This document shows positions 1 through 9,212 of a stretch of 64,000 nucleotides of DNA, piece by piece. The notes beneath the pieces were generated by a model that saw nothing but the letters and a program-made list of their open reading frames with translations, searched no databases and was not told the origin of the DNA. Position 1 is the stretch's first letter. Each line of letters begins with the position of its first letter. The DNA lies in contig OZ242358.1 in the NCBI GenBank assembly GCA_965208835.1, positions 4,960,001-5,024,000 of the forward strand, read 5' to 3'. Position numbers and translations under genes: made by a program. Source of the stretch: Candidatus Latescibacterota bacterium (lineage in GTDB: Bacteria; Latescibacterota; UBA2968; GCA-2709665).

Positions 1-359
1 GGGCATTTTCGGAGGCGCTTGGCGACAAGGCAGGTATCACGCGTTTCGGACACAGTTTTGTGCCGATGGACGAAGCCCTGGCGCGCGCTGCCGTCGACCT
101 CTCGGGACGGCCGTTCCTGGTCTACAACGCCGACATGCCCGACGAGATGGTCGGCGCGTACCCGACGGCGATGAGCCCGGAGTTCTTCCGGTCGCTCACA
201 GACCACGGCCGTCTGAACGCGCACATCGACCTGATTCGCGGGACAAACGCGCACCACGCCACCGAGGCGATTTTCAAGGCCGTCGGCCGGGCGCTCAGGC
301 AGGCCTGCGGGCTTGATCCGGAGGTTGAGGGGATCCCTTCGACGAAGGGCGTGTTGTAG
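1..359 (+). CDS. hisB: Imidazoleglycerol-phosphate dehydratase (5' truncated by window edge)
   Basis: The frame is open from the window start (AFSEALGDKAGITRFGHSFVPMDEAL). It carries the HisB motifs PMDEAL, DLSGRP, NAHHATEAIFKA and the C-terminal PSTKGVL. Confidence 0.95.
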   Translation, partial: AFSEALGDKAGITRFGHSFVPMDEALARAAVDLSGRPFLVYNADMPDEMVGAYPTAMSPEFFRSLTDHGRLNAHIDLIRGTNAHHATEAIFKAVGRALRQACGLDPEVEGIPSTKGVL

Positions 360-432
360 GAAACTGTCTCAAGGCCCGCACCTCCATCCGCATTGGGTTC
401 CGTATGACTCCCGACGAGTCGCCCGTCTCGCA

Positions 433-613
433 TCTTTCGACAGGCTCAGGGCAATGCTCAGGAATCGGCGCGTTAACCTTGAGCCGCTCCCTGAGCTTGT
501 CGAAGGGTCGGCGAAGGGTATCCATGGGCCCCGTAGGGATAGCGAAACGCGGGCATTTCGACAAGCTCAATGACCACGTTTCGACGAGCTGGGCTGAATC
601 GGCGGGAGAATGG
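433..613. repeat. Cluster of REP-like palindromic units (TTCGACAAGCTCA / TGAGCTTGTCGAA family)
   Basis: Contains tttcgacaggctcag, cctgagcttgtcgaaggg and gcgggcatttcgacaagctcaatgacca. Related units recur at about 24609, 36940 and 55460. Confidence 0.75.
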
Positions 614-639
614 CGGGGAAGTTTCTGGGCAGTTCACCT

Positions 640-1164
640 ATGAAACCTCGATTCGATTCCGATTCCGGTGGCGGAAAGGTCCTCACACCGGATCAGGTCC
701 GAGGGGTACGGCGGCGTCTCAAAGAGGCCGGCGCAACGCTGGTTTTCACCAATGGCTGCTTCGACCTGATCCATCCCGGCCACGTGGCGTTTCTTCAGCG
801 GGCGCGTTCCCTGGGCGACGCGCTCCTCCTGGCGCTCAACAGCGACGACTCCGTGCGGCGCATCAAGGGCAGAGGCAGACCGATTCTGTCGATTGAGGAA
901 CGGATCGGCGTGCTGTCCGGCCTGGAAGCCGTCGACTATATCTGTGTGTTCGAGGAAGACACGCCTCACGGTATCCTTCGAGACCTGCTGCCCGACATCC
1001 TGGTCAAGGGCGGGGACTATTCGCAGGACCAGATCGTCGCCCGCGAGGTCGTGGAGGACGCCGGCGGCCGCGCCGTAACCATATCCACGGCGTACCAAAC
1101 CTCAACCACCGCCGTCATCAAACGCATCTTAAAAACCAAGACATACAAAAGCGGGAAGACGTAA
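640..1164 (+). CDS. rfaE2: D-glycero-beta-D-manno-heptose 1-phosphate adenylyltransferase (RfaE domain II)
   Basis: Motifs VFTNGCFDLIHPGH, ALNSDDSVRRIKGRGRP and PDILVKGGDY. The start could be 640 or 610. Confidence 0.9.
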   Translation: MKPRFDSDSGGGKVLTPDQVRGVRRRLKEAGATLVFTNGCFDLIHPGHVAFLQRARSLGDALLLALNSDDSVRRIKGRGRPILSIEERIGVLSGLEAVDYICVFEEDTPHGILRDLLPDILVKGGDYSQDQIVAREVVEDAGGRAVTISTAYQTSTTAVIKRILKTKTYKSGKT

Positions 1165-1278
1165 GCCGGGAGAGGGAAGAGATCGCATGCCGTGAAAGGT
1201 TTCTTCTCATGCCGCAGGCTAGTCGGAGTAACAAATCGGCAAGGGCTTCTTCTCCCGTCTTACCTCTACCGTCTCCCC
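1149..1278 (+). repeat. Heptamer-armed hairpin repeat, copy 1
   Basis: Purine arm aagcgggaagacgtaagccgggagagggaagag, core tgccgcaggc, pyrimidine arm tctcccgtcttacctctaccgtctcccc. Confidence 0.85.
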
Positions 1279-1283
1279 GAATT

Positions 1284-2387
1284 ATGAGAATCCTCCACAC
1301 CATCTACGACGACGTGGACAACCCCTGGTGCGGAGGAGGAGGCGCGGTGAGGGCCATCGAGATCAACCGCCGCCTCGCCGGAAGTCACGAGATCACCCTC
1401 CTGACGGGACACTTTCCCGGCGCCGCCCGGGAGGAAGACCGCGACGGCATCCGCATCCGAAGGCTGGGGACCGGCCGGAACTATCTGCTCAGCCGGCTGA
1501 GCTTCTCGGCGCTGGCTTCCCGTGCGCTGGCGAAATGGCCCTTCGACCTCTGGGTGTACGACTTCTCCGCGTTCTCGCCCGTTTACGCGCTTCCATCCCG
1601 GCAGGCGCGGTCGGTGATGGTTTTTCACCATCCTATAGCCGCACACGCCACGCGGAAATACCCCGGGATCGGCCTGGCGGCCGCCGCCGCCGAAGGCCTG
1701 CACACGCGGCTGCACCGCCGGATCATCGCCGTTTCTCCGAGTACCGCCCGTCACCTGGAGAGACGAGCGCGCCCGAACACGGCCATCGAAACGATATGCA
1801 ACGGCGTGAGTCACCCTGCGCTGGCAGTGTCTCGCGAAGAGGACTATATTCTCTTCTTCGGGCGCCTGGACACCTACAATAAGGGCATCGACGTCCTGCT
1901 CCCGGCATTCGCCGGGCTGAAACCGGCGCACCCGGAGGTCCGCCTGGTTCTGGCGGGACGGGGCACCCAGGCGCGCCGGAACGAACTGATGTCCATCTCC
2001 CGTTCCCTGGGCATATCGGATCGGGTGGAGCTCACCGGTCCGGTCTCGGAAGCGGAAAAGTGGAACCTCTACGCCGGCGCGTTGTTCACCTGTCAGCCCT
2101 CCCGATTCGAGGGGTGGGGCATCGCCGCCATCGAGTCCGGCGCCGCCGGAAAAGCGGTGATCGGCACGGAGATCCCCGGGCTCGTCGACGCCATCCAGCC
2201 CGGCCGCACCGGCCTGCTTGTGCCGGCGGAAGACCCGGAAGCCCTCGCGGGCGCCATGAAGCACCTCCTTGAGAACTCCCGGCTGCGCGCGGACCTCGGC
2301 AGAAACGGGAGGGCGTGGGCCGTCAACTTTTCCTGGGACCGGATTGCCCGGGAACAGGAGCGCGTGTATGAACGGTCGCTGAGGTGA
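1284..2387 (+). CDS. Glycosyltransferase family 4
   Basis: MRILH start, GGGA motif, FFGRL...KGID and PSRFEGWGIAAIESGAAGKAVI. Confidence 0.9.
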   Translation: MRILHTIYDDVDNPWCGGGGAVRAIEINRRLAGSHEITLLTGHFPGAAREEDRDGIRIRRLGTGRNYLLSRLSFSALASRALAKWPFDLWVYDFSAFSPVYALPSRQARSVMVFHHPIAAHATRKYPGIGLAAAAAEGLHTRLHRRIIAVSPSTARHLERRARPNTAIETICNGVSHPALAVSREEDYILFFGRLDTYNKGIDVLLPAFAGLKPAHPEVRLVLAGRGTQARRNELMSISRSLGISDRVELTGPVSEAEKWNLYAGALFTCQPSRFEGWGIAAIESGAAGKAVIGTEIPGLVDAIQPGRTGLLVPAEDPEALAGAMKHLLENSRLRADLGRNGRAWAVNFSWDRIAREQERVYERSLR

Positions 2388-2436
2388 TGGCGGGCGTTCC
2401 TGTCTGTTCACAAATCATCAAACCGATGCCGCAACC

Positions 2437-2465
2437 GTAGGGGCAGGTTTGAAACCTGCCCCTAC
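2437..2465. repeat. GTAG-type REP palindrome
   Basis: Perfect 14-bp inverted repeat GTAGGGGCAGGTTT-G-AAACCTGCCCCTAC. Confidence 0.85.
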
Positions 2466-2521
2466 CTCCCAGTGCCACCTTCGCAAACGCTTCCTCTTCG
2501 GCTCGTTGAGCCATTGTGCAT

Positions 2522-3718
2522 ATGACCACCGGATACGCAAATGACATCTGCATTGTGGGCGGGGCCGGCCGGGTGGGTCTGCCGCTGGCGCTGACCTTCG
2601 CCGGCAAGGGCTTTCGCGTCATCGTCTGCGACATCAACGAAGCGGCTCTCGAGTTGATCGGCGACGGACAGATGCCGTTTGCGGAAAAGGACGCCGGGGA
2701 CCTGCTCGCCAGCTCGCTCGAGGAAGGCCGCCTGAGCGTCTCGTCCGACACATCGTCCGTGTCCCACGCTGCCAACGTGATCGTCACCATCGGCACGCCC
2801 GCGGACGAACTCTCGAAGCCGATTCTCTCGACGTTCAAGAGCCTCGCGGACGATATGCTGCCCCATCTTTCCGACGATCAGCTTGTCGTACTCCGGTCCA
2901 CGGTCTCCCCCGGAACGACGGACTGGCTGTACGACTACCTGCGGGCTAACGGCAGAAACACCAGGGTCTCCTTCTGTCCCGAGCGCATCGTTCAGGGCCA
3001 GGCCATCGAGGAGATCCAGCTACTCACCCAGATCGTCAGCGGTACCACGCCGGAAGCCGAGCGGGAAGCGGCCGCCCTCTTCAGGCAGATCTCGCCCGGG
3101 ATCGTTCGCCTCACGCCAATCGAAGCGGAATTCGCAAAACTGTTCAGCAATGCGTACCGGTATATCCAGTTTGCAACCGCGAACCAGTTCTATACGATCG
3201 CAAACGCCGCGGGCGTGGACTACAGCCGGGTGCTCGAAGGCATGAAGAGAGACTATCCGCGCGCCCGGGACATCCCCTCCGCCGGATTCGCGGCGGGCCC
3301 GTGCCTGCTGAAGGATACCATGCAGCTGGCCGCCTTCGCCAGCGACGGATTCACTCTGGGACAGGCGGCCATGAACGTCAACCAGGGCCTGGTGAACTAC
3401 CTGGTCGAGGAGATTCGCAACCGGTACGGCGACCTGCGCCGCCTCCGCATCGGCCTGCTTGGCATGGCCTTCAAGGCCGACAGCGACGACACCCGGTTTT
3501 CGCTGAGCTACAAGATGAAAGACATCCTTGCTTTCCGGGCCAGGGAGGTGTTGACCACGGACCCGTACGTGACCACGGACCCGAACCTGCTGCCCGTCCG
3601 GGAGGTGATGGAACGGAGCGACCTGCTTGTCCTGTGCGTGCCGCACGCCGCGTACCGTCGGCTGGACCTGAAAAACAGACCTGTCGTGGATATCTGGGGG
3701 TTTCTGAATCGTGAGTAA
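2522..3718 (+). CDS. Nucleotide-sugar dehydrogenase (UDP-glucose/UDP-ManNAc dehydrogenase family)
   Basis: GGAGRVGLP Rossmann motif, LRSTVSPGTT, FCPERI, AKLFSN, catalytic GPCLLKD and LGMAFKADSDDTR. Confidence 0.92.
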   Translation: MTTGYANDICIVGGAGRVGLPLALTFAGKGFRVIVCDINEAALELIGDGQMPFAEKDAGDLLASSLEEGRLSVSSDTSSVSHAANVIVTIGTPADELSKPILSTFKSLADDMLPHLSDDQLVVLRSTVSPGTTDWLYDYLRANGRNTRVSFCPERIVQGQAIEEIQLLTQIVSGTTPEAEREAAALFRQISPGIVRLTPIEAEFAKLFSNAYRYIQFATANQFYTIANAAGVDYSRVLEGMKRDYPRARDIPSAGFAAGPCLLKDTMQLAAFASDGFTLGQAAMNVNQGLVNYLVEEIRNRYGDLRRLRIGLLGMAFKADSDDTRFSLSYKMKDILAFRAREVLTTDPYVTTDPNLLPVREVMERSDLLVLCVPHAAYRRLDLKNRPVVDIWGFLNRE

Positions 3719-4673
3719 GCTCTACCTGGTCACGGGCGGCGCCGGATTCATCGGTTCCTCACTGGTACGGCGCCTGCTTCGCGACGGCCACCGGGTCCGG
3801 GTTTTCGACGATCAGTCCAGGGGGTGCGCCGGCCGCCTGAAGGACATACGGGAACACGTGGAATTCATCGATGCGGATGTCCGGGATGCCGATGCCGTCC
3901 GGAGGGCCGCCCGGGGTGTGGAAAGCCTCTGCCACCTGGCCTCCGTGAACGGCACCGAGTGGTTCTACAGCAAACCTGAACTCGTCCTCGACGTGGGTGT
4001 GAAGGGCATCGTGAACACCATCGACGCCTGCCTGAAGCACGACGTGCCCGAATACGTCCTCGCCTCCAGCTCCGAAGTGTACCAGACCCCGCCGAACATT
4101 CCCACGGACGAAGCCGCTCCCCTTTCCGTTCCGGACCCCCTGAATCCGCGCTATTCTTACGGCGGCAGCAAGATCATCAGCGAACTCATGGCCCTGAACT
4201 ACGGCCGGAGGCACTTTGAGCGCGTCTTCGTCATCCGCCCGCACAACGTGTACGGACCTGACATGGGCCGCGAGCACGTCATTCCTCAACTCATTCTGAG
4301 GGCGGCCGCACTCGCAACCGAACATCCTCGCGGCGCGGTACCGTTTCCGATACAGGGCGACGGCTCGCAGACCCGGGCTTTCGTACACATCGACGACTTT
4401 ACCGACGGGCTTGCCATTGTCCTGGGAAAAGGCGCACACCTCAATATCTATCATATCGGCGACGACGCCGAAGTCCCCGTCCGGCGTCTCGTGGAGCTGA
4501 TTTTCGAACGCATCGGCAGGGATTTCAAGATCATCCCGGGCGCGTTGACAGCGGGCAGCCCCCACAGAAGGCGCCCCAGCATCGACAAACTCAGGGCCCT
4601 CGGATACCGGCCCCGCGTGTCACTTCGCGAGGGTCTGGCGGGCACCGTGGACTGGTACCTCGAAAATCGTTAA
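3711..4673 (+). CDS. NAD-dependent sugar epimerase/dehydratase/decarboxylase (extended SDR)
   Basis: TGGAGFIGS, SSSEVY, YGGSK (YxxxK) and RPHNVYGP. Overlaps the upstream stop codon. Confidence 0.92.
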   Translation: MSKLYLVTGGAGFIGSSLVRRLLRDGHRVRVFDDQSRGCAGRLKDIREHVEFIDADVRDADAVRRAARGVESLCHLASVNGTEWFYSKPELVLDVGVKGIVNTIDACLKHDVPEYVLASSSEVYQTPPNIPTDEAAPLSVPDPLNPRYSYGGSKIISELMALNYGRRHFERVFVIRPHNVYGPDMGREHVIPQLILRAAALATEHPRGAVPFPIQGDGSQTRAFVHIDDFTDGLAIVLGKGAHLNIYHIGDDAEVPVRRLVELIFERIGRDFKIIPGALTAGSPHRRRPSIDKLRALGYRPRVSLREGLAGTVDWYLENR

Positions 4674-4705
4674 CGAACCCGCGACAACGAGCAGGAGGCG
4701 CACGC

Positions 4706-5956
4706 GTGCCGCCCGCAACCTCCCGAGACGTCACCCGCTGCCAGATCAGCCAATCCGCGAACCTTCAGTCCGTTCTGTTCCTGGGTTTCGTGCCCCCGGT
4801 GAACGACATGCAACCGGTGGGCGCGCCTCCCGTCGAACGGCCCAGGTACCCCCTGGAGCTTCTCTACTGCCCGGACTCGCACCTGGTGCAAATCGGCTGC
4901 CAGGTGGACCCGGAAATCCTTTTTCCGCCGGGGTATCCCTACACGAGCGGCACCACACGCATTCTCAGGGAGAATTTCGCGGACCTGTTCGAACGGTGCC
5001 GGGACCGGCTGGGCGTCGACGCGTCCTCATTTGTCATCGACATCGGCTCCAACGACGGCACCCTGCTGGCCAACTTCAAGACCGGGGGCTGCAGGGTCCT
5101 GGGCATCGACCCCACGGACAGGGCGAGGCTTGCAAACGAAAGGGACATTCACAGCATCCAGGCCTTTTTTTCTCGGGAGACCGCGCGGAGGGTTGCCGAC
5201 GAATACGGCCTCGCCAGCCTTGTGACCGCAACCAACGTCTTCGCGCACATGCCCGAAATCGATGAGGTCGTAGGCGGGATTCTGGACGTCCTTGACGAAA
5301 CCGGGGTTTTCGTCTCCGAGTCCCACTACCTGCTGGACCTGATCGGGACGCTGCAGTACGACACCGTCTACCACGAGCATCTCAGGTACTATTCCCTGCA
5401 CAGCTTGAAATTCCTCCTGGAAAAACACGGGCTGGAGATCTTCCACGTCGAACGCATCCCCACGCACGGCGGTTCCATCCGCGTCTTTGCCGCCCGCAAG
5501 GGTCGATACCGGGTGGATCCGTCCGTTTCGAATCAGCTGAAAGAAGAACAACGGGCAGGCCTGCTCGACCTCGAAACCTACCGCCGCTTCGCCTCGGACG
5601 TTCTGCAGAGCAAACTCGATCTCCTGGACCTGCTGCGGGACGTCAGGGCCCCCGGCGGGCGGATCTACGGTATCGGCGCTCCCTCCCGCGCCAGCACCCT
5701 CATTGCCTATACCGGACTGGACCACGAAACGATCGACTGCGTCCTTGAAATCAAGGGATCGTACAAAATCGGGAAATACATGCCGGGCACCCGCATCCCC
5801 GTTCTCGAAGAGTCCGTACTGTTCAGCGATCAGCCCGAATACGCGCTGCTCTTCTCCTGGCACATCGCCGGGGAGCTGATGCCCAAACTCACACGCAGGG
5901 GTTTCAGGGGGAAATACATCGTCCCGCTTCCGTCGCCGCGAATCGCGGCGAAATAA
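4706..5956 (+). CDS. NDP-sugar C-methyltransferase (TcaB9/NovU/TylCIII-like, class I SAM)
   Basis: IDIGSNDGTLL, TNVFAHM, YDTVYHEHLRYYS, THGGSIR and KIGKYMPGTRIPV. Confidence 0.88.
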   Translation: MPPATSRDVTRCQISQSANLQSVLFLGFVPPVNDMQPVGAPPVERPRYPLELLYCPDSHLVQIGCQVDPEILFPPGYPYTSGTTRILRENFADLFERCRDRLGVDASSFVIDIGSNDGTLLANFKTGGCRVLGIDPTDRARLANERDIHSIQAFFSRETARRVADEYGLASLVTATNVFAHMPEIDEVVGGILDVLDETGVFVSESHYLLDLIGTLQYDTVYHEHLRYYSLHSLKFLLEKHGLEIFHVERIPTHGGSIRVFAARKGRYRVDPSVSNQLKEEQRAGLLDLETYRRFASDVLQSKLDLLDLLRDVRAPGGRIYGIGAPSRASTLIAYTGLDHETIDCVLEIKGSYKIGKYMPGTRIPVLEESVLFSDQPEYALLFSWHIAGELMPKLTRRGFRGKYIVPLPSPRIAAK

Positions 5957-6002
5957 AACACCGTGCGAAGTTTCTGTCGATTCGAAAGCGTGAACACGGA
6001 CC

Positions 6003-6746
6003 ATGCCCGATCTCGACATCGTCATCCCCGTGTACAACGAGGGCGGCAACATCCTGAACGTGCTCAACGCACTGTGCGACGCGACAAGAACGTCATTCCG
6101 GGTGCTGATCTGTTACGACGATGAGTCCGACGATACGCTGGAAGCCCTGAAGGATTTCAACGACGCCCGATGCGAGATCGTCAGAGTCCGGAACCGTGGA
6201 CGCGGGGCGCACGGGGCCGTCGTCACGGGCTTTGACGAAGGCGACGCGCCCGCGGCGATCATGTGGCCTGCCGACGATACCTTCAACGCCGGCATTATCG
6301 ATTCGATGTATCGGGAATACCTGAACGGCTGCCACGTCGTCTGCGCCAGCCGGTTCATCCGGGGCGGTTGCATGGTCGGCGCGCCCTGGCTGAAATCTCT
6401 GCTTGTCAGGAGCTCCGCCTTCACCCTTTATTATCTGGCGCGGCTTCCCGCAAGGGACGCAAGCAACGGACTTCGCCTGTTCTCCAGGCGACTGCTGGAC
6501 CGAGCGAGGATCGAATCCTCGGCCGGTTTTGCGTACGGTATCGAACTGCTGGTCAAATGCCACCGGCTGGGTTGGAACATCGCGGACGTCCCCGCGGGGT
6601 GGTTCGAAAGGACCTCCGGCCGAAGCCGCTTCCGAGTCATCCGCTGGCTGCCGGAATACCTGCGCTGGTATTTCTACGCTTTTGCAACCACGTATCTTGG
6701 ACGGGGTCCCGAGACCGTACCCGAAACGAGGCGCGCGGATACCTGA
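6003..6746 (+). CDS. Glycosyltransferase family 2 (polyprenol-phosphate glycosyltransferase, DPM1-like)
   Basis: IVIPVYNEG, YDDESDDT, ADD, ASRF and DASNGLRLFSR. Confidence 0.88.
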   Translation: MPDLDIVIPVYNEGGNILNVLNALCDATRTSFRVLICYDDESDDTLEALKDFNDARCEIVRVRNRGRGAHGAVVTGFDEGDAPAAIMWPADDTFNAGIIDSMYREYLNGCHVVCASRFIRGGCMVGAPWLKSLLVRSSAFTLYYLARLPARDASNGLRLFSRRLLDRARIESSAGFAYGIELLVKCHRLGWNIADVPAGWFERTSGRSRFRVIRWLPEYLRWYFYAFATTYLGRGPETVPETRRADT

Positions 6747-6767
6747 CATGAACCCTGGAGATCAAAC

Positions 6768-9209
6768 GTGAGCAAGAATAGAAAAAGAGCCGTCCGACGT
6801 TCCGCAACGCCACGGCCGGAGCCTTCGAAAAGCCCCTCCGACCGTTTCGGACCCTGGCTCGCCTCGCCGTGGGCCCCGGCTTTGTTCTTCCTCCTCCTGA
6901 GCGTGGTCTACTTTTCCGGTTTCGTGTTTACCGATCACGTCATTCTCGGACAGGACACGGGAAGGGAATTCCACAAGGGACGAGAGCCATTCGTGGAAAA
7001 ACTGGCCAACCTGGCCCCGGCCAACTGGATGCGTTACCTGGGCGGCACCCCGGTGACCGGACAGAGGACGACGGACTATTTCCCGCTGGAGATCATCGCC
7101 CTGTTTACAACCCGGCACCGCCTTATCGGATGGCGATATTTCTTCGCCATGTTCATGGCGGGGTACTTCATGTACCTATGTATCCGCGGCTTCGGCATGA
7201 AGCCGCTCACCGCCTGGCTCACCGGCATCGCGTACGCCTCTGCGCCCGCCCTGCTCACCTTCATCTACGCGGGTCATGACGCAAAGATGCTGGTTATCGG
7301 GCTTTTCCCGTTGATGGTCTGGGGGCTGTACCGCGGCATGGAGACAGGTCGCCCCATCTACTACCTCGTTCTGTCCGTCTCCATCGGCGCGGGCATCTTC
7401 ACGGGGCACCTCCAGATGCTCTACTACGCCCTCTGCGGCCTGGGCATCATTTTCGCCGCCAGACTCGTCCAATCCTTCTACGGCGAGAGAGACATCGCCG
7501 CAGCCCTGCGGCGAGGCCTTCTCAGCGCCTGCGCGGTCTGCCTGGGCATGGGCATCGGCGCCATGGGCGTGTTCCCACAATTCTGGTACACACAAACGGA
7601 GTCCAGACGGGCACTGAAGGATGGCGAAGGCAAGGGCCTCGAATACTCGCAGACATGGTCGCTGCACCCCGAGGAAATCGCGTCGCTGGTGGTACCTGAA
7701 TTCGCGCACTTCGACGATCCGGACCGGAGACAGCGAAACTACTGGGGCCGCAATCCATTCAAGATCAATTCCGAATATTTCGGCATCGCCGTACTCTTCT
7801 TTGCCGCGCTCGCCGTGGGCCGCGTCCGCCGCGACCCGAGAATCTGGATCTTCCTTCTGCTTTCTTTCTTCGCCATGGCGTTCGCTCTCGGACCCCATAC
7901 CTTCCTGCATGGATACGCGTATCGCTATATTCCAGGGATGAAAGTGCTCCGGGCGCCGGGCATGATTGCGTTTCTGTTCGCGTTCCCCGCGTGCGTTCTC
8001 GCCGCCATCGGATTGCAGCGGGTCCTCTACCCGACCGCCGTTTCGCCCCGGACGCGACGCAATCTCGCCATCGTCGCCGGGGTCGCGGTGGCCCTTCTGC
8101 TGGGTGTCGCCCTGGCTCCCCTGAGCGCCGTGAACGCGTGGACCGGACTCTTCTGGTCCGACATTCCGGAATCAGCCCTCCGCGTCGCTAAGGCGAACGC
8201 GCCCAACCTCAGCCGCGGCGCCATCTTCGCCGCCCTTCTCGTGTCCGTCCTGGCCATTCTGACGTGGAGACGCCTGGGCGGAGCTATATCCCCGGCCGCC
8301 TATGCATGCCTGCTGGTTCCCCTGATGCTCTTCGACACCTGGCGGATCGACCGGCAGTTCCTCCGATATTTCGATCCGGACCTGCAGCCGCCGCCCGAAC
8401 GCGTCTACGGCGGTGTGCTGCGCCACTTCGAGCAGGACCCCGACCTGTACCGCGTGCTGTTCGTATCGCAATTCTCCATTCCTCCGCCGCATATGGGCGC
8501 CGGCAAGCGAACGATCGTGGACCGGGTGCGCGTGGACTTTCACGAACCTTTCACCATGCTGCGCTACGACCGGATGACCGAACCCCAATACCTCCGGCAT
8601 TTCCCAATCCTGAATCTGCTGAACACCCGCTACGTGGTGACCCGGGAACCGTTTCCCGACGGACCCGCGTCCGTGGTCACCAACGGCCTGCATATCTACA
8701 GGAACGAGTTCGCGCTGCCCTGGTTCTACCTGGCGCCGGGATACCGGATCGAGACCGACGAAGACCGGATCCTGGAGCTGCTTTCGGAGCCCGGGTTCAG
8801 GCCCGATGAAACCGCTATCCTGGAGGCCGAGCCGGGAGGATTTTCTCCTGACAGCGCGGACACGCGATCTCAGGACCAAGTCGAGAAGGTCGCGTATGAC
8901 GATCGCAGCGGATATATCGAACTCAACGTCAAAGCCGGCGGCCCCCGCCTGCTTGTGGTCTCCGAGAATTACCATCCCTTCTGGCACGCCTGGGTGAACG
9001 GGGAGAAGCGGCCGCTGTTCAGGGCCAACTACGCCTGGAAGGCGGTCGCCGTACCCGCGGGCGAACACCGGATCGTACTCCGCTTCCACGATCCCATTGC
9101 CACGGCCTGCCGCTGGATTACCCTCCTTTCCACCCTCTTCGCCATCGCCTGCGCCGCTGCATGGTATTGGCGGCAGCGCTCCGTTAGACCGGCCGCCGCC
9201 GCGGAGTAA
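6768..9209 (+). CDS. YfhO-family polytopic membrane protein (putative GT-C glycosyltransferase)
   Basis: Many hydrophobic segments, plus the C-terminal LNLLNTRY and LVVSENYHPFWHAWVNG...RANYAWKAVAVPAGEHRI typical of YfhO. Confidence 0.82.
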   Translation: MSKNRKRAVRRSATPRPEPSKSPSDRFGPWLASPWAPALFFLLLSVVYFSGFVFTDHVILGQDTGREFHKGREPFVEKLANLAPANWMRYLGGTPVTGQRTTDYFPLEIIALFTTRHRLIGWRYFFAMFMAGYFMYLCIRGFGMKPLTAWLTGIAYASAPALLTFIYAGHDAKMLVIGLFPLMVWGLYRGMETGRPIYYLVLSVSIGAGIFTGHLQMLYYALCGLGIIFAARLVQSFYGERDIAAALRRGLLSACAVCLGMGIGAMGVFPQFWYTQTESRRALKDGEGKGLEYSQTWSLHPEEIASLVVPEFAHFDDPDRRQRNYWGRNPFKINSEYFGIAVLFFAALAVGRVRRDPRIWIFLLLSFFAMAFALGPHTFLHGYAYRYIPGMKVLRAPGMIAFLFAFPACVLAAIGLQRVLYPTAVSPRTRRNLAIVAGVAVALLLGVALAPLSAVNAWTGLFWSDIPESALRVAKANAPNLSRGAIFAALLVSVLAILTWRRLGGAISPAAYACLLVPLMLFDTWRIDRQFLRYFDPDLQPPPERVYGGVLRHFEQDPDLYRVLFVSQFSIPPPHMGAGKRTIVDRVRVDFHEPFTMLRYDRMTEPQYLRHFPILNLLNTRYVVTREPFPDGPASVVTNGLHIYRNEFALPWFYLAPGYRIETDEDRILELLSEPGFRPDETAILEAEPGGFSPDSADTRSQDQVEKVAYDDRSGYIELNVKAGGPRLLVVSENYHPFWHAWVNGEKRPLFRANYAWKAVAVPAGEHRIVLRFHDPIATACRWITLLSTLFAIACAAAWYWRQRSVRPAAAAE

Positions 9210-9212
9210 TCC

